Below the pieces are notes generated by a model that saw only the letters and a program-made list of their open reading frames with translations, was not told the DNA's origin and did no database searches. The translations under genes and the position numbers were made by a program. Below, piece by piece: positions 39,696-53,000 of a stretch of 64,000 nucleotides of DNA. Each line of letters starts with the position of its first letter. The stretch's first letter is position 1. The DNA is from Amoeboaphelidium protococcarum X5 (taxonomy: Eukaryota; Fungi; Aphelidiomycota), in contig JALDTO010000098.1 of NCBI GenBank assembly GCA_023515725.1, positions 1,204,164 through 1,268,163 of the forward strand. The letters run 5' to 3'.

Positions 39696-40379
39696 GTTTT
39701 TAGGTGTTCCTTACTTTGATGGATGTGGTTCTTTAGGACAGACTATATACGCTATAGGAACAGACGGGAAGCTATCTACAAAGACTAAGAGTCAACAGAG
39801 ACACCAACAGAAATACAAGAAGATATATATATGTTAATAAGATAAATACTCTATTAACACGTTAAGTGGAAGAAATCAATGTTCATAAGAGGCGCGCATA
39901 TATACTGCAGATACTTGCCTATTCGAGATGTCAATGATGAGAGAGGCGCACACTTGAAACAATGTTGATCATCTAAGCCCCACAGAGTCAGCTGTTGATA
40001 CTTGATTGACGCGTGTGCTAACATGAAACTTAATTTTAGGATCGACTATATTTTAACTGACGCGTATGCTAGCATGTTTGTCGCAGCCTCCATGATACTA
40101 GTACCGAAACATAGCTCGAGCGATTCTCCGTAACACTTGTGAAACTTATAATCTTTGTGCCAACTAGAACATAAGAAATGTCATATACCTGGGGGGAAAC
40201 TTGTAAAGCAGAGAAGAATGTATTTTTATTTGCTACTTGTTGGAATTTGAGTTGTGTTATTCTACGCAATCTGATTAGTCGTGTAACAATGTAGTTAGAG
40301 AAGCCTCTTATGATAGACTGATCACTGATAGTGACACAGATCTTGATTATCAAACTTCTCTTTCTCATTGAGGTTAAAT

Positions 40380-40428
40380 ACCAAGCTTAACAGCACTACA
40401 TTCTTTACCAAGCTTAACAGCACTACAT
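40380..40428 (+). repeat. Tandem duplication, 27-bp period (ACCAAGCTTAACAGCACTACAT x2)
   Basis: Visible directly. Confidence 0.85.
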
Positions 40429-40439
40429 AAGTTAACACC

Positions 40440-41890
40440 ATTACATTTTTACTTGAAAATCCAACACTACTTAATCAAGTTACAAGTAGAATGTAACGAA
40501 TTCAACTTTTTCCTTCAACGCTGCTTAGATTATTCGGCAGATTGGCCAATTGTAGAATCTCCTGGGACAATCTTCTATTTTACTTTCCACCTTCTGTAAG
40601 AATTAAGATTCAAAGTAGTTATCAGTAAGATATCGTATTTTATCCTCAAAGGTGAAGAGATAACACCATATTTTAATCTCCTTTCAACCTTGGATGATCC
40701 GTTTCAGTACACTTTCACACCGTCTTCTACATGTACCACCAGTACTGAATGTGGGCTGTGTTGCCATCCCGCAATAATTTAAAAGCTCTGTCTATCTCAG
40801 CTGCATAATCTAACTATGAACGGAGATCCCAGTAACCAACGCGGAGCCACGCGACGTTCAGCTCAGTCATCTAGATGAACTTCTAAGAAACTGCCAACAT
40901 TCTAGCAGATTCTACATCTGAATCATACAATGCGAACGCCTAGTAGCCTGGCGTATTCAATTTACTATACTGGCTTTAGTGATCTTCATGATCTAATTCA
41001 AGGCAATGTAGATAGCTTCAAAACTTTGTCTACCCTTGCAGATTAGCACCATGGAAGATCTACAGAAAGGCTGACAGCTTCGAGGATGGGCTAACTATCA
41101 CAATTGCGTGGGCATGTTCACATTTAGCAAGATTTACCGTTGCAGCGGCATATTGTCTGAAGGCAGGCAATAACTTCTAAATTACCAACTTTACGGCACC
41201 ACTGCAAAAGTACAGTTCATCTTGGTCTAAGTCGTCCAACCGTATATTACGGCGGCTCAACCTCCTTTGATCGACGTAACTATATTTTAAATGGTCCAAG
41301 CAAACTATGCAACCAGCACGAGATGGCTGTTTGCAGTCAGGAAACTCACAGAGACCGTCTAAAATCATTTATCAATCACGCCTCAGATCCCCACATTGAC
41401 CACTTTACTTGAAGGATGGAGTAGCAGTGGCTTTCGGCATATAACACATCTTTGCCATTCTTACTCTTTTTATAGCCTAGAATTCAGCCGCGTTGAAAAC
41501 TTTACCACCGTCGGCAGACTAAATTACCTTGCGAGAATTAAGAATACATGGTAACATTTCCAGAACGTGTTCCTACACCCTAACATTGGATACACCGATG
41601 CAATACTCCACATTTAGTGTTGCGACATTGGTGAACCTTTGTCTGTCAGGGGCAACTGTCCTCTACTCAAAGGATATGACAGCGACAAAGTTATGCTCTT
41701 CATTTAGAACTTAAACAGAATTCTCATACCAGTAGATATGGAAAGTGCAGTGGAAACTAATCAGGGGTTCAGTGTTAATAACAGTTTTTTATATTACACT
41801 CAGCCATGTTATACCTTGCAAACAGAAGTAGTTGCAGGCAGCCTTAAAGAGCCAACAGTGACATTTCGCACACAGTGGCTCTGTTGTCTA
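40440..41890 (-). pseudogene. Decayed coding-like sequence with Cys/His clusters, family unknown
   Basis: Long near-open frames broken by TGA (~41373) and by frameshifts; CEFPDC-x-CIVCLDH cluster. Confidence 0.35.
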
Positions 41891-42066
41891 AGTGGTCAAA
41901 GTTAGCTGCTGTACCTAACCAAATAGAAGACTGTTGCTAGTACAATACCGTCTATTGACTTTTTTTTCACACGGTTAGATCTGACCGCTAATACTGATAG
42001 ACAAGAAATGTCTTTAAATACCCGCATTGTTAATAGAACCAGATTGGTGCAATATTTCGCGCGACT

Positions 42067-42861
42067 TCAAATAGAAAGACTGTTGAAGTTCTAATCGTAT
42101 CGTATGATCAAAAACGTAATCAGTCCAGTTAGGAGAGATGATACAAGGTTGACAGCCTCATTGGACAAAAAAGGCATTCCTTATGTTCTTCTTATACCTT
42201 TACCTGGATGTTCGCATATTTTACCAGATTCATCATGAACATACGTTGCTTATAGCGTTGCACCTAATACAGCATCCAAAATCATGCCGAGCCCGGCCGC
42301 GCTTATATGGATGCCAAGCATTTCACTCGGAGCATAATATCTAGTAGTGATATTCAACAATAAAGCCGATAGTAGACACGCAATGCATCCCAAGACACTA
42401 ATTGCACCATTCGTACCTCTAGGAACGCGACGCATTGTCCAGACGGAATATGGATCTCCTTGACTGAGGATACCAATCTCTGATGCAACAGTGTCTCCCA
42501 GGTTGCAAGCATAAATCGCAGTGAATGCTTCACAAAGTCCCGGTTATGGATTTTGCATATACACCTAATACAATGACAATAATGCAGGTACACCAGCGAT
42601 ACACAAAACTTGCGTCACGGTCCTACCAGACGTCTATCCATCAGCAGATTCAAAATTCGCCTTATGCTTCTTCTTGTACCTGGTAGCGATAGTTCCATAC
42701 ATGTACATTGCAACCATAGTCAGAATGTAATAAGTTCCAGCGAGACTGTGCAACACGCCCAATATCCATCCCACAATGGCGGCATTAAAAGTCAATGATT
42801 TCCGCTTATACCCATGCCACATTAGAATCGCTCCCAGCGTTATCCATACCAGTTGATTCAT
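42067..42861 (-). CDS. TMEM19/DUF92 integral membrane protein
   Basis: GYKRKSLT, GRTVTQVLC, GDTVASEIG, RRVPRGTNGAIS..G, ILDAVLGATLQ, LSNEAVN. Confidence 0.92.
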
Positions 42862-43089
42862 TTATAAAATCATTTGTAATTCTCAAACTATATTTTCTCA
42901 GTATATGATGAAGGTGGAGTCTAACTTGATAGTGGCGCAGCAATCATAAAGTTATAAGAGTGAACGAGTCTACGCCGATCAATGGACTCGTCTTTATCTC
43001 GCTGACACTATAGGCCAGAAGTATCTTTGTAAGGTCAAATGGGCTTTTAATATTTTAAATTATAAATGTGTTCAGTGAAGCTATTTTAC

Positions 43090-43545
43090 TGAGAGATTGA
43101 AGTTTCCGCGCTTGACAAAGAGTGTACTGTACACTTGGAGTCTGACACGAAGCGTTCCGTTGGTAAAATGTGTGCACTGACTCTAGAGTAAGATGCAGTC
43201 ATGCGTTAATGGTTGAATAAGAATGTGGATCGTGGCTCTTACGTAAGAGTAAGTCGCCTTAAAGTGCTCCATGCTTCTTTGTCCGTAAGTAAGGCTAACT
43301 GTACTAATGACTCTAAATTACGACTCTGCATGTATTACCGTGGCTTGAACAAGATCACCATCAAGAATCGGAATCCCCTGCCTAATATATCTGAACTATT
43401 CCGCTCTCTTCAGAAAGGCTAGTTGTTTACTGCCTTGGACTTGGATGGTGCCTTGAATTACTACGTGTCAAAGCTGGCCATGAAGCCAAAACTGCTTTCC
43501 TCACCAAGTATGGTCAGTATGAATTTTTGGTAATGCCATTAGTCG
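43090..43545 (+). mobile_element. Degenerate Ty3/gypsy reverse transcriptase fragment
   Basis: KLRLCMYYRGLNKITIKNRNPLPNISELF, FTALDL, then after a frameshift LRVKAGHEAKTAFLTKYGQYEFLVMP; truncated before YxDD; no LTRs seen. Confidence 0.88.
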
Positions 43546-45358
43546 TAGTATACAATTGGTCATGTTATGAATATGAATAGAATACTGCAGCTTGATCCTA
43601 TTGTGTTGGATTGCAAAGATGACTGTGTCTCATTGTGCGCCTTGGAAAGATGAAAGCACTAAAACTAGGTTTAGAAAGAAATCGGCACTAGAATACAAGA
43701 ACACTCTCCTTGTCGATATGTTGGATCTATATAAAGAAAGACAAATGAAGTAGTTTTGTGGACCTCCTTGACTCGGCGATTTAGAACAATGAGAGGTTCG
43801 TCGATCATAGAGAATTATATTTCATGCGTAGCAGTGGGCACGTCATGGCGATGTGTATTCAAAAATGGAATATATAGATTGTGATTTGGAAGAAGTTGCT
43901 GTTTGATATAGATGTCCATTGGATTGGTGGTTCTAGTGTCGTACAGGAGCGCATCTTAGAAGAATCGAGAAGAAATTGCTTAGTTCTTAACTTTGTGTTC
44001 ATCCAATGGTGTCTTTTCCCTACGGAAGCTGGTTCATTCTAGTGGGACCCACAATCAAGCTGCCTATCATGCATTTGCTGGTTTTGGCAGTTGTACTATG
44101 ACATCACCATTTGTAGAGTTCGGTATAATCCTCAACGAATATGTCCTGAATGAGCATTATTCCATTTTGAAGTTGAGTGATGATTAAATCACAAATTATG
44201 ATTCAACACCCATCATAGTAGACTGCTTATCATAAACTTGTTTGGATACTCCCGTTGCAAAGATAGTTTGATGGGTGATCCGGTGACGATGGGCTGCATG
44301 AGTAGATGTTGCTTTATCCTCAGCATTTAGTCCTGATTTGAATATTGTGCCTTATAGTTTTGTTATAGCTGTCTTCATAATTTGGACTCTTATATGAACA
44401 AAATACTTATAACACTGTATTAATAACGTGTTTTAAAAATATATAATAGAAGGCTCGTTGGTTGCTGAGATAAATGTACAATGATTTCGGTGCCTTACGC
44501 CTTGTAACAAAAGACAACTTTGACTAGTATCTCGTGCTAGCATATTGCATGTTGCGGCATGTTGTAGACTTGGCGCACTAGACTGCTTAGACAGTCTCAT
44601 TGCTTCTCCTTTCACCACTATTCAAATGTTGCACCTCATCATATTAAGCGGACGGACGCAATGTTAAGATGATGCCAGTGTTGCGGAGACGTGGGTAGGT
44701 ATCTGAGGTTTTTGACACAGAAGCTTCTAGGCCAAATTCACCGGTCATATTGTTACTCACATGCCCTCGGTCAGTTTTATCATCCGCGCTGGCAATAACG
44801 AAGGAGCAATCGGCGAAGGTTTAGTGCCATGCTATCTCATCGAGGAGAATATAGGCGTTGGCGATATCATGTTGGATTAATTTGATGATTGCCATAAAGA
44901 TCTGGTGGTGGATAATCGCGTTCTGCCCCCTCTATTAGAAGAATAGTTTATAGATATTGGACCCCAACCGTTTGGACAATCCTGAATTCTCTCGCCTGCT
45001 CTTAAGCATGGGATACAAAGTATATGGTTTTTGACGCTGGAATACTGAGTGGGCCGTGTTTGGTTCGAATTCTAGTTAACGCAGTTGACATAACAGTCTC
45101 GTTTAGAAAAGTTCAATATTCTAAAATAACGATACGAGCTGGCAGTAATCTAATTTAATTCAGATGATTAATAAAGAGCTGCGTCTTCATACCTTAAATT
45201 TCTTCTCAATTTTGGTCTTGTTTTCCGTCTTAAGATAGTTAAAGTGTCCATGACCCACGCAATTAAGAAATCACAATACTAAATCTCAATTAACATTATA
45301 AAAGATAGTATTAAAAGCAACAACTTTATTAAACAACTCTAAAAAGAGGTAAGGTTAT

Positions 45359-48300
45359 TCAATCTTTAGAGGACATGGAGATTCGCCTTAATTTGTTAGC
45401 AACTTGCTACGTCTTACTTGGCTACTATTTCTTATCGCCACCATCTCTAGAGGGAGGCAGTTGAGGTGGAGATGTAGCCGCCGTCTGGGAGGTGGACTTT
45501 ATACCTGCATTCCCAGGTAGAGCATTACTAAGAGCATCACCGAGATTCTTGCTGGGAGCAGGCGCTTTACTCTTCTTTCTTTATTGAGGTGCGAATCCAG
45601 AGTGTATGAACGCTTTACCGCTCTTGATAGATGAGATTAAATCATCCAACTCTCCATCTTTACCACCATCACCACTATTATCAGCGTCATTTTTACTATT
45701 ACCAAGAACAGATTTAACAGGCGCACCGCTCTACGCGCCCTTCTTCAATGTCATCATCTTATTACGCTCCATCTTCTCCTTCTCTTTCTTCTCCAACTCC
45801 AACTATCTCTAGATGAATGCCTCATTGTCAGCCTTTGACTAATTATACGCAGCGATAAATGCCTGCACTTTTCCAAAAAACTCGGATGGCACGGCAGTCT
45901 TACCATCCTCACAAAATAATTTACACACTGAAATGTATGCAGCATCAGCATCCTTGAACGCACTGTCCAGCTGCTCTTACTTTTTCTGTGCACCTTTCAC
46001 CCACTCTGACATCACGGATGAGAATTTATCAGTAGGATCTCGCGGATCCTTTGCAATATTGTCCAATAAGACACTGATATCTTTAACTCCATTCTTCAAT
46101 TGAGCCAGAGTCTATCGAAGAACCGGAAGCTCAACTTTCACAGCCGACTCAACTGATTTCAGCTCATCCTACCATCCTTTGGCATCGGTAAGATTCTAAT
46201 CCACAAGATCGACCAGATAATGTAGCAGAGTATGTCTCCTGTTCTCCATCGTCGATCTGACGTCACCTAGCTTGAGAAGTGACTCCAACTTATATCCATA
46301 TGCACCACCTTTCTGTCCAGAGTTCATGTAGTTACCGAGCGCGAGAATAATCTGCAACAACTCTCTAAACTTCTTACTCGTCTACAACTCCTTCGATCCC
46401 ATCACCCAGCTCTTAATCATCCTTTTGGCATCTTCACACCATTCATCGTACATGCCGCGCACGTACAGCGCTTTAATTCTATCACCGTAACGATTGATGC
46501 GAGACAATTCCCAGAAGAACTTTTCGGGAGCAGCCATATTTTGGACATCATTCTCAAAAGGTTGGAGCATTTACACTTCATCAGCAGTTGGAACAATCTT
46601 GAGCAGCTCAGTGATCAACGACGGCGGAAGTAATTTACTATCAACATTGTATATACCACGTCTAATGTCTTCAGACTATAATTTAAGAGATTTCAAGAGA
46701 ATATTCACATTCTGCGATCTCTTAGAGTCGAGCACTGTAATCTTTGGAGCTTCCGCTACAGCAGCGACATTGTCGGACGATAGAGCGGATGACAAATTGG
46801 CTTTACTTTCCGCACGGTCAACATCCTTCTTCTAAAATGCACTGAACAGAGACTCAAAAGTGTCATAATTCATCTTTTTATGAACAGGAGCATCGTCCAA
46901 CTGTTTCCATACGGTATCTGCAATCTCAGCATTGTTTACTTTAGTCCACTGGAGAGGCTTCAGCGGCTTCTGGGATAATTTATTCTTCTTCGCTGGAAGT
47001 CCGCCCGGCATAGCACTGGCTGCTTATCCGAAAGGAGGTGGAGGAGGTGCACCACCCATGCCCGGAGCTGGCGGCGGCGGAGGAGCCCCAGACATTCCAG
47101 GAGGAGCCGGTGGAGGTGGAGGAGGTGGACCTGAAGCGACAACAGCTTCCGACTGTGTTGGGCTACCAGGACTTGCGGAATCGGGCGACGATGATTTATC
47201 ACCACCAACACCAAAAGATGATCCGCCACCTCCAGAACCAGCTGTTACCAGAGAGCTATCCTTGATAGCCTGCAGGATGGCATCATTATTAGCGAAGCGC
47301 TCTTTCAGCAGATTTTCAAGTCTTGCCAATTCCTTCTTATGATTAACCAAATCCGTGTTCAATTCCTCCTCTCGCTTCGCTTTGACCTTAACAGTCTCCT
47401 CAGCTTTAGATAGCTCTTTCATAAAAGTCTCCTTCTAAGACTCAACTTCCTTGACAGCTTTATTAGCACGATCAGACTACTTCTTCATCTTATCTTCAGC
47501 ATCGCGCACCTTGTCTGAATCGGCCATATCATTAATTAGCTAATCACGGTCAACCTTGATTGCTGCGAAATCAGGATCTACATCTTGGCCATCTTTTTGC
47601 AGGATAATCTATTTAGTCAGAAGCTCAATAATTGTCCAGTACTTGGTCAACTTCAACGGATTTTATGGCACCAGGAGAGCATGCTTCAGAGACCCAAGAA
47701 AGTAAGTGTATGATCTTGTATTCTTGAGACTATTGTTCAATACTCTAAATACTTCTTCTGCGTCATCAACTCCATCTACAGACTTGCCGCCTTATGAAAA
47801 TGCGTAATCATAACGCTTAGCCAGCTCCTCCTCGTCAGCAGCCTGTCGATCTTAGAAGACTGACAGCTGCAGATCCAAGAAGTCATGTTCAGCCTCACTC
47901 AATCGATCTACAATCTCATCAACGCCCAGCTTTATAAACTCCCATCTCATACTCAATCTGAAATCCAAATCCTTGCCGGGGCCACCATTAATGACGGAAT
48001 TTATAAATGATAATGCAGCAATCTGCAAATCAATGATACGCTCAAACTTTTCATCAGGCCGACCACTAACACTTCCACTAAGATTACCGCCTCGCATAGT
48101 AACATCATACGCTAGACAATTGACAACAGTCTCAAATCTGGCCTTTTCACCAATTTTCTACTAAAATCTTCGCATACATTCCAGAATCCGTTTATGCCCA
48201 CCAGGTATAAGACATACGGCAGCCAGCATCTCCAGCACCAAGGTCCTCGTCTTCAAAGATGGTGATCGCATAGAGAGGGTGATAACAAGCAACGACTCTG

Positions 48301-48826
48301 GATGCGCCATGACATGACTCAATCCAGCATTGTTATTCATGAGAGATTTCAGACACTTTATACACAACTCTTCATGCTCAATATCCTTCTTACTCACAGT
48401 ATCCCGCTGCTCCATACTACTCAAGTAATTCAGCAATAGAGTCAGACCTTCATTCTCCACAAATTTCATAATCCACCTGATGGGCCGCGCACGCAGAGAC
48501 ACTACTAAATCTGATAACAGCTATGTTGTAGGCTCATTCCGCAACTGTGTGATAATCTACTCATAATCATTCTCTGAGCTATTCCCCTTCCGTTCATTGA
48601 TATGCGCCTATACAATCATCCACTTTCTCTCAGCGGGAAACTGTCTCATTGCTTCCTTCTTATCACGGCCAAGATTCAAATCTTCCAACATGGCATCGAA
48701 TAACGTATTCAGCTCCTCCACCGGCGGCATTGGCGGTAATTCATGCGGAGACAGCAGACTCCCATCCGCAATCGGTTTTCCCACAGACTCTTTATAATGC
48801 TTCTTTCCACTAAATATATTCCCCAT
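45359..48826 (-). CDS. Diaphanous-related formin (GBD/FH3-FH1-FH2-DAD), 1155 aa
   Basis: MGNIFS myristoylation-type start, SLRARPIRWIMKF, VLEMLAAVCL, polyproline FH1 ~47035-47135, KPLKPLQWTK, ILALGNYMN, GYKLESLLKL, TLLHYLV, DAD motif LDDLISSIKSGKAF; TGA 45361-45359. Confidence 0.93.
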
Positions 48827-49083
48827 ACAAATGTATTATTAATTTATCTAAAACTTTAATACAAACAGAACTACCAAAGCACCCCGGTATATGTTACATA
48901 CAAACTATGCTTTTGAAGTGTGAAATGAAAAGAGGAAAAACAAACAACGAGACAATGAGCGAGCGAAACAGAAGATTAAACAGCGCGCGTATGAAACGAA
49001 TCTCTGAGCATATTACTGTGCATGATGTAAGTAATGGGGGTGAATAGATGATATGTACATATAATCGTATAATATCTATACAC

Positions 49084-49840
49084 TCAGTATGAAGCATCAT
49101 TGTCACCATCTTCGGATAAGTCATCTCCTTCGCCATTATCAAAGTAAGACTCTATGTAATCGTTCTCCTCCTCTTCATCTGAAATATCCATTTCCTCTTC
49201 TTGTTATTATTGCTAATCATCATCATCATCATCATCTTGTCCATTGTTATTGTCTTGCTCATCACCACCACCACCGGCACTTTGTGTATTCTTGCGACCA
49301 CCAGCAGATTATGCAGTCGATCCCCCACCCTAACGCGCCTGTGCCACAGTATCGTTCAGTGCCTTCATCATATCGAGCTGTCCGAAACGCGCCTACTGCT
49401 GTTACTTCATCCGCCGCTGAGATGACGCGGCAACAAACAACTCTGTCGGGAATAAACTCTAATCTGCCACGACTTGGTCCAATGGCCGCCTCTCTGGCTC
49501 TTTGACGCGAAACATGTCAGAGTATCGTTCCACTTTATTATAGTAAGTGTTATTACTTTTGGTCTATTGTTGTTTCTGTTAATCTATAAATGTGTAAAAT
49601 GGACTCTATCGCCACTGTTCCACCAATTCAATTTACCACTGCACTTCTTCTCTGAGTTGATCTAGAGATACATCTGGCACAAAATCAATTGGCTACATTA
49701 GTATTTACATGAGTATTTTTCTAGTTAATATCACTTCGACCAAATTGACTTACTGGGTACGTTTATCGAGGTCCTTGAGGCTGTAAATCAGCATTCTTGT
49801 CTTTATTTCCCCATTTATTTTAGCTCTTTAGACGCGACAT
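49084..49840 (-). CDS. RPC31: RNA polymerase III subunit Rpc31/RPC7 (POLR3G family)
   Basis: ATG 49840, intron 49693-49753. SPFY, VERYSD, LFPTEL, acidic tail EEENDYIESYFDNGEGDD...DASY-TGA. Absent from the ORF track. Confidence 0.88.
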
Positions 49841-50085
49841 TTTAATTGGCAATTAATTTACAAATTTAATGATATTCGTAACCTTCTCACTTACTGAATT
49901 GAATTGATCAGAGCGAGAGCCGAATGAAGATCGACAACCTAAAGCTTTTTTGATTTTTCATGTTTTTCTTCCTATCTCTTTCTACACCTACCAGATCCAC
50001 CTCATTCTATATCATTATATCATCTCACAGTTCTTATTGGACTGCTATTTTACTATATTTTTGATATTAATTCTACACTCTAGTC

Positions 50086-53000
50086 ATGTTTGCGGATGAT
50101 TCTGATGTTGAAGATGGATAGTCGTAGTTGAAGTAGGTGGCTGCTGGTAAGTAAGCACTATCTGGTGATAAGAAACGCGTACATGGTGGTGACTCTGAAC
50201 ATACAATTACTGGCTAATCATAATAGTCTACTCTCAAAAAGTAACGATCCACTGCTAATCAATAATTATAATAATATTAATAATAGGCTTATAATAATGC
50301 TCATCAATCTAAAGAAGCTGCAGTGGTTGGTGACTATTTCGAGACTGAGGCAGAGAGTCAGTTCCAGTAGGCAAAGGTTGATGCCGAGACTGGTAAGATC
50401 ATGTCTAGTAAGGAGTAGTAGGAGACTATCAAGCTGCAGCACGCTATCAGACACGATGTTGCTATTCCTCCTGGCTATGCTTATGTTCCGATGAATCAGC
50501 ACATTCCGTGGGATCCTCCTGCTAAATCGTATCCCTTCACTCTTGATCCATTCTAATAGACTGCCATTGCGAGTATTGAGCGTAATGAAAGTGTCCTCGT
50601 CGCTGCTCATACCAGTGCTGGTAAGACTGTGGTGGCAGAGTATGCTATATCTGCGGCTCTCAAGTAGAAGTAGCGCGTTATTTACACTAGTCCTATTAAA
50701 GTAAGTCTTTTTATTAACTCACGCACATATCCTGTTGGTAGGTATTGATTGAGTCTGTCTGTTAGATTCCTTAACTATATAGCTGTAACGCTATGTATCT
50801 TATAACCTGCATAACAGATAGTCAATGGAGTGATGACGAATACTGCGTTCTTCATGAGCCATACTTTATTGCTATTTAGACGGCGATGAAATTCATATAT
50901 CAATTGTTCCTTCTGACCTTTGACTATCTGTTATGTATCTACGTGTATTAGACTATATTGGAACAGCTCTGAATGTACTCAATCATACTTATTATCAGGG
51001 ATATCTGTGTGTGTGATTATTTATTAACGATATTTTAACTCCCCTTATTTGAATGTAGGCTCTGTCTAATTAAAAGTATAGAGAAATGGCTGAAGAGTTT
51101 GGAGATGTTGGTCTTATGACTGGAGATGTTACTATCAATCCATCAGCCTCGCTCCTGGTGATGACCACCGAGATTTTGCGCTCAATGATGTATCGCGGCT
51201 CTGAGGTTATGCGTGAAGTTGCGTGGGTCATATTTGATGAGATTCATTACATGCGCGACAAGGAGCGAGGTGTGGTGTGGGAGGAGTCTATCATTCTACT
51301 ACCTCACAAGGTGCGATATGTATTCCTCTCTGCCACTATCCCTAATGCCAAGCAGTTTGCTGAGTGGATTTGCAAGACTCATAACTAACCTTGCCACGTT
51401 GTTTACACCAATTTCCGACCTGTACCTCTACAACATGTAAGTATTCTATTTACATGTGTGCTGTGTCTATCTCTCTCCTCTCTGTCTCACGTAATGATAG
51501 TCTTATCATGAAATGATATTTACAATGATGAAAACTATTATGGAGCTAACTGCTTCAAGGCTTGTATTTAGTCTTTGCAGTGATGCAGCATTTATATGTC
51601 ATAGTTATTCTGAGTATACACTCTTCTTTAATAGACGCTAATTTGATGGAGTAATAGTTAAAGAGAGAGAATAGATGCATAAGCACAAGTCAACAGTTCT
51701 TTATAGATACTAATTTGTGTTATGTGTAGTATGTATTTCCATAAGGTGGTGATGGTATTCATTTGTGTGTCGATGAGAAGGGAACTTTCAAGGAGGAGAA
51801 CTTTGCCAAGGCCATCGCCAATGTGCAGACAAGTGTTACTGATGGTAAAGCCAATGCCGCACGTGGGCGCAAAGGAGGTAAGAAGGATTTGAGTCGCGAC
51901 TCTGACTTGTTCAAGTTGATGAAGATGATTTGGCTTCGTAACTATTAGCCTGTAATTGTTTTCAGCTTCAGTAAGAGAGAGTGTGAAGGTTATGCCATGC
52001 AGCTATCTAAGCTCGACTTTAACAATGATACGGAGAAGGAGCTGGTGTCTGAAATATACAAGAATGCCATGGCTGGTCTATCCGAAGATGATCAGTAGTT
52101 GCCATAAATTTTACACCTCCTACCTCTTCTCCAACGCGGTATCGGTATCCATCACTCTGGTCTCTTGCAGATTTTGAAAGAAGTTATCGAGATTCTGTTC
52201 CAGGAAGGACTGATTAAAGTATTATTTGCCACAGAGACATTCTCCATTGGTCTCAATATGCCAGCCAAGACTGTTGTGTTTACATCTGTTGAAAAGTTTG
52301 ATGGTGCTCAGACTCGCCCGCTTGGTAGTGGAGAATATATTCAAATGTCAGGTAGAGCTGGTAGACGTGGACTTGATGACAGAGGTATAGTTATTATGAT
52401 GGTTGGTAAGAAGCTGGAACCAGATGTGGCCAAGACTATGCTCAAAGGTGAGCCAGACGTTCTGAACTCGGCATATCATCTCACTTACTCCATGATTCTT
52501 AATCTCATGCGCATTGAAGGTCTAAGTCCACAGTACATGTTGGAGCGGTCATTCTATTAGTTTTAGCACAGCGATAATGTTCCACATTTAATGGAATAAG
52601 TCTAATCTTTACGGTCAGAAATGGAATCGCTTTAAATTGACAGTGAGGATGTCGTCAAAGATTATTATGATGCCTCAAAGAAAGTGTTGTAGCTTTACGA
52701 TCAATTTAGAGCTGTTATCACCCATCCTGATTACTGCTTACCATTCATTAAGCCTGGCAGATTGGTGGAAGTTAAAAAGTCTATTGACAACGGTCAATAA
52801 TTGCACAACTATGGCTGGTGTACAGTTGTTAATTGTAATAAAAAGACGGTGAAGAGAAAAGGTCGTGATGATGAAATTGTGTATCTTGTTGATATTCTGG
52901 CCAAGTGCGACGTGTCTAATCCTCAAAAAGTCTCATCTGATGGAGATTATCCGCCTGCTTCTGTTGCCGTTGATAGTAATTCCTCATCATCGTCTAATCG

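Noticed and set aside
43580-44150. OTU-like protease remnant (DCKDDCVSLCAL...ELYFM...IQIVIW)
   Set aside because: The resemblance is weak and spread over different frames; not supportable without a search.
676-48826. Actin-cytoskeleton gene cluster (myosin, RhoGAP, formin)
   Set aside because: The formin lies ~28 kb from the others with many unrelated genes between; no evidence beyond chance.
49089-49505. His-rich plus-strand ORF
   Set aside because: It is the antisense of the acidic Asp/Glu tail of RPC31.
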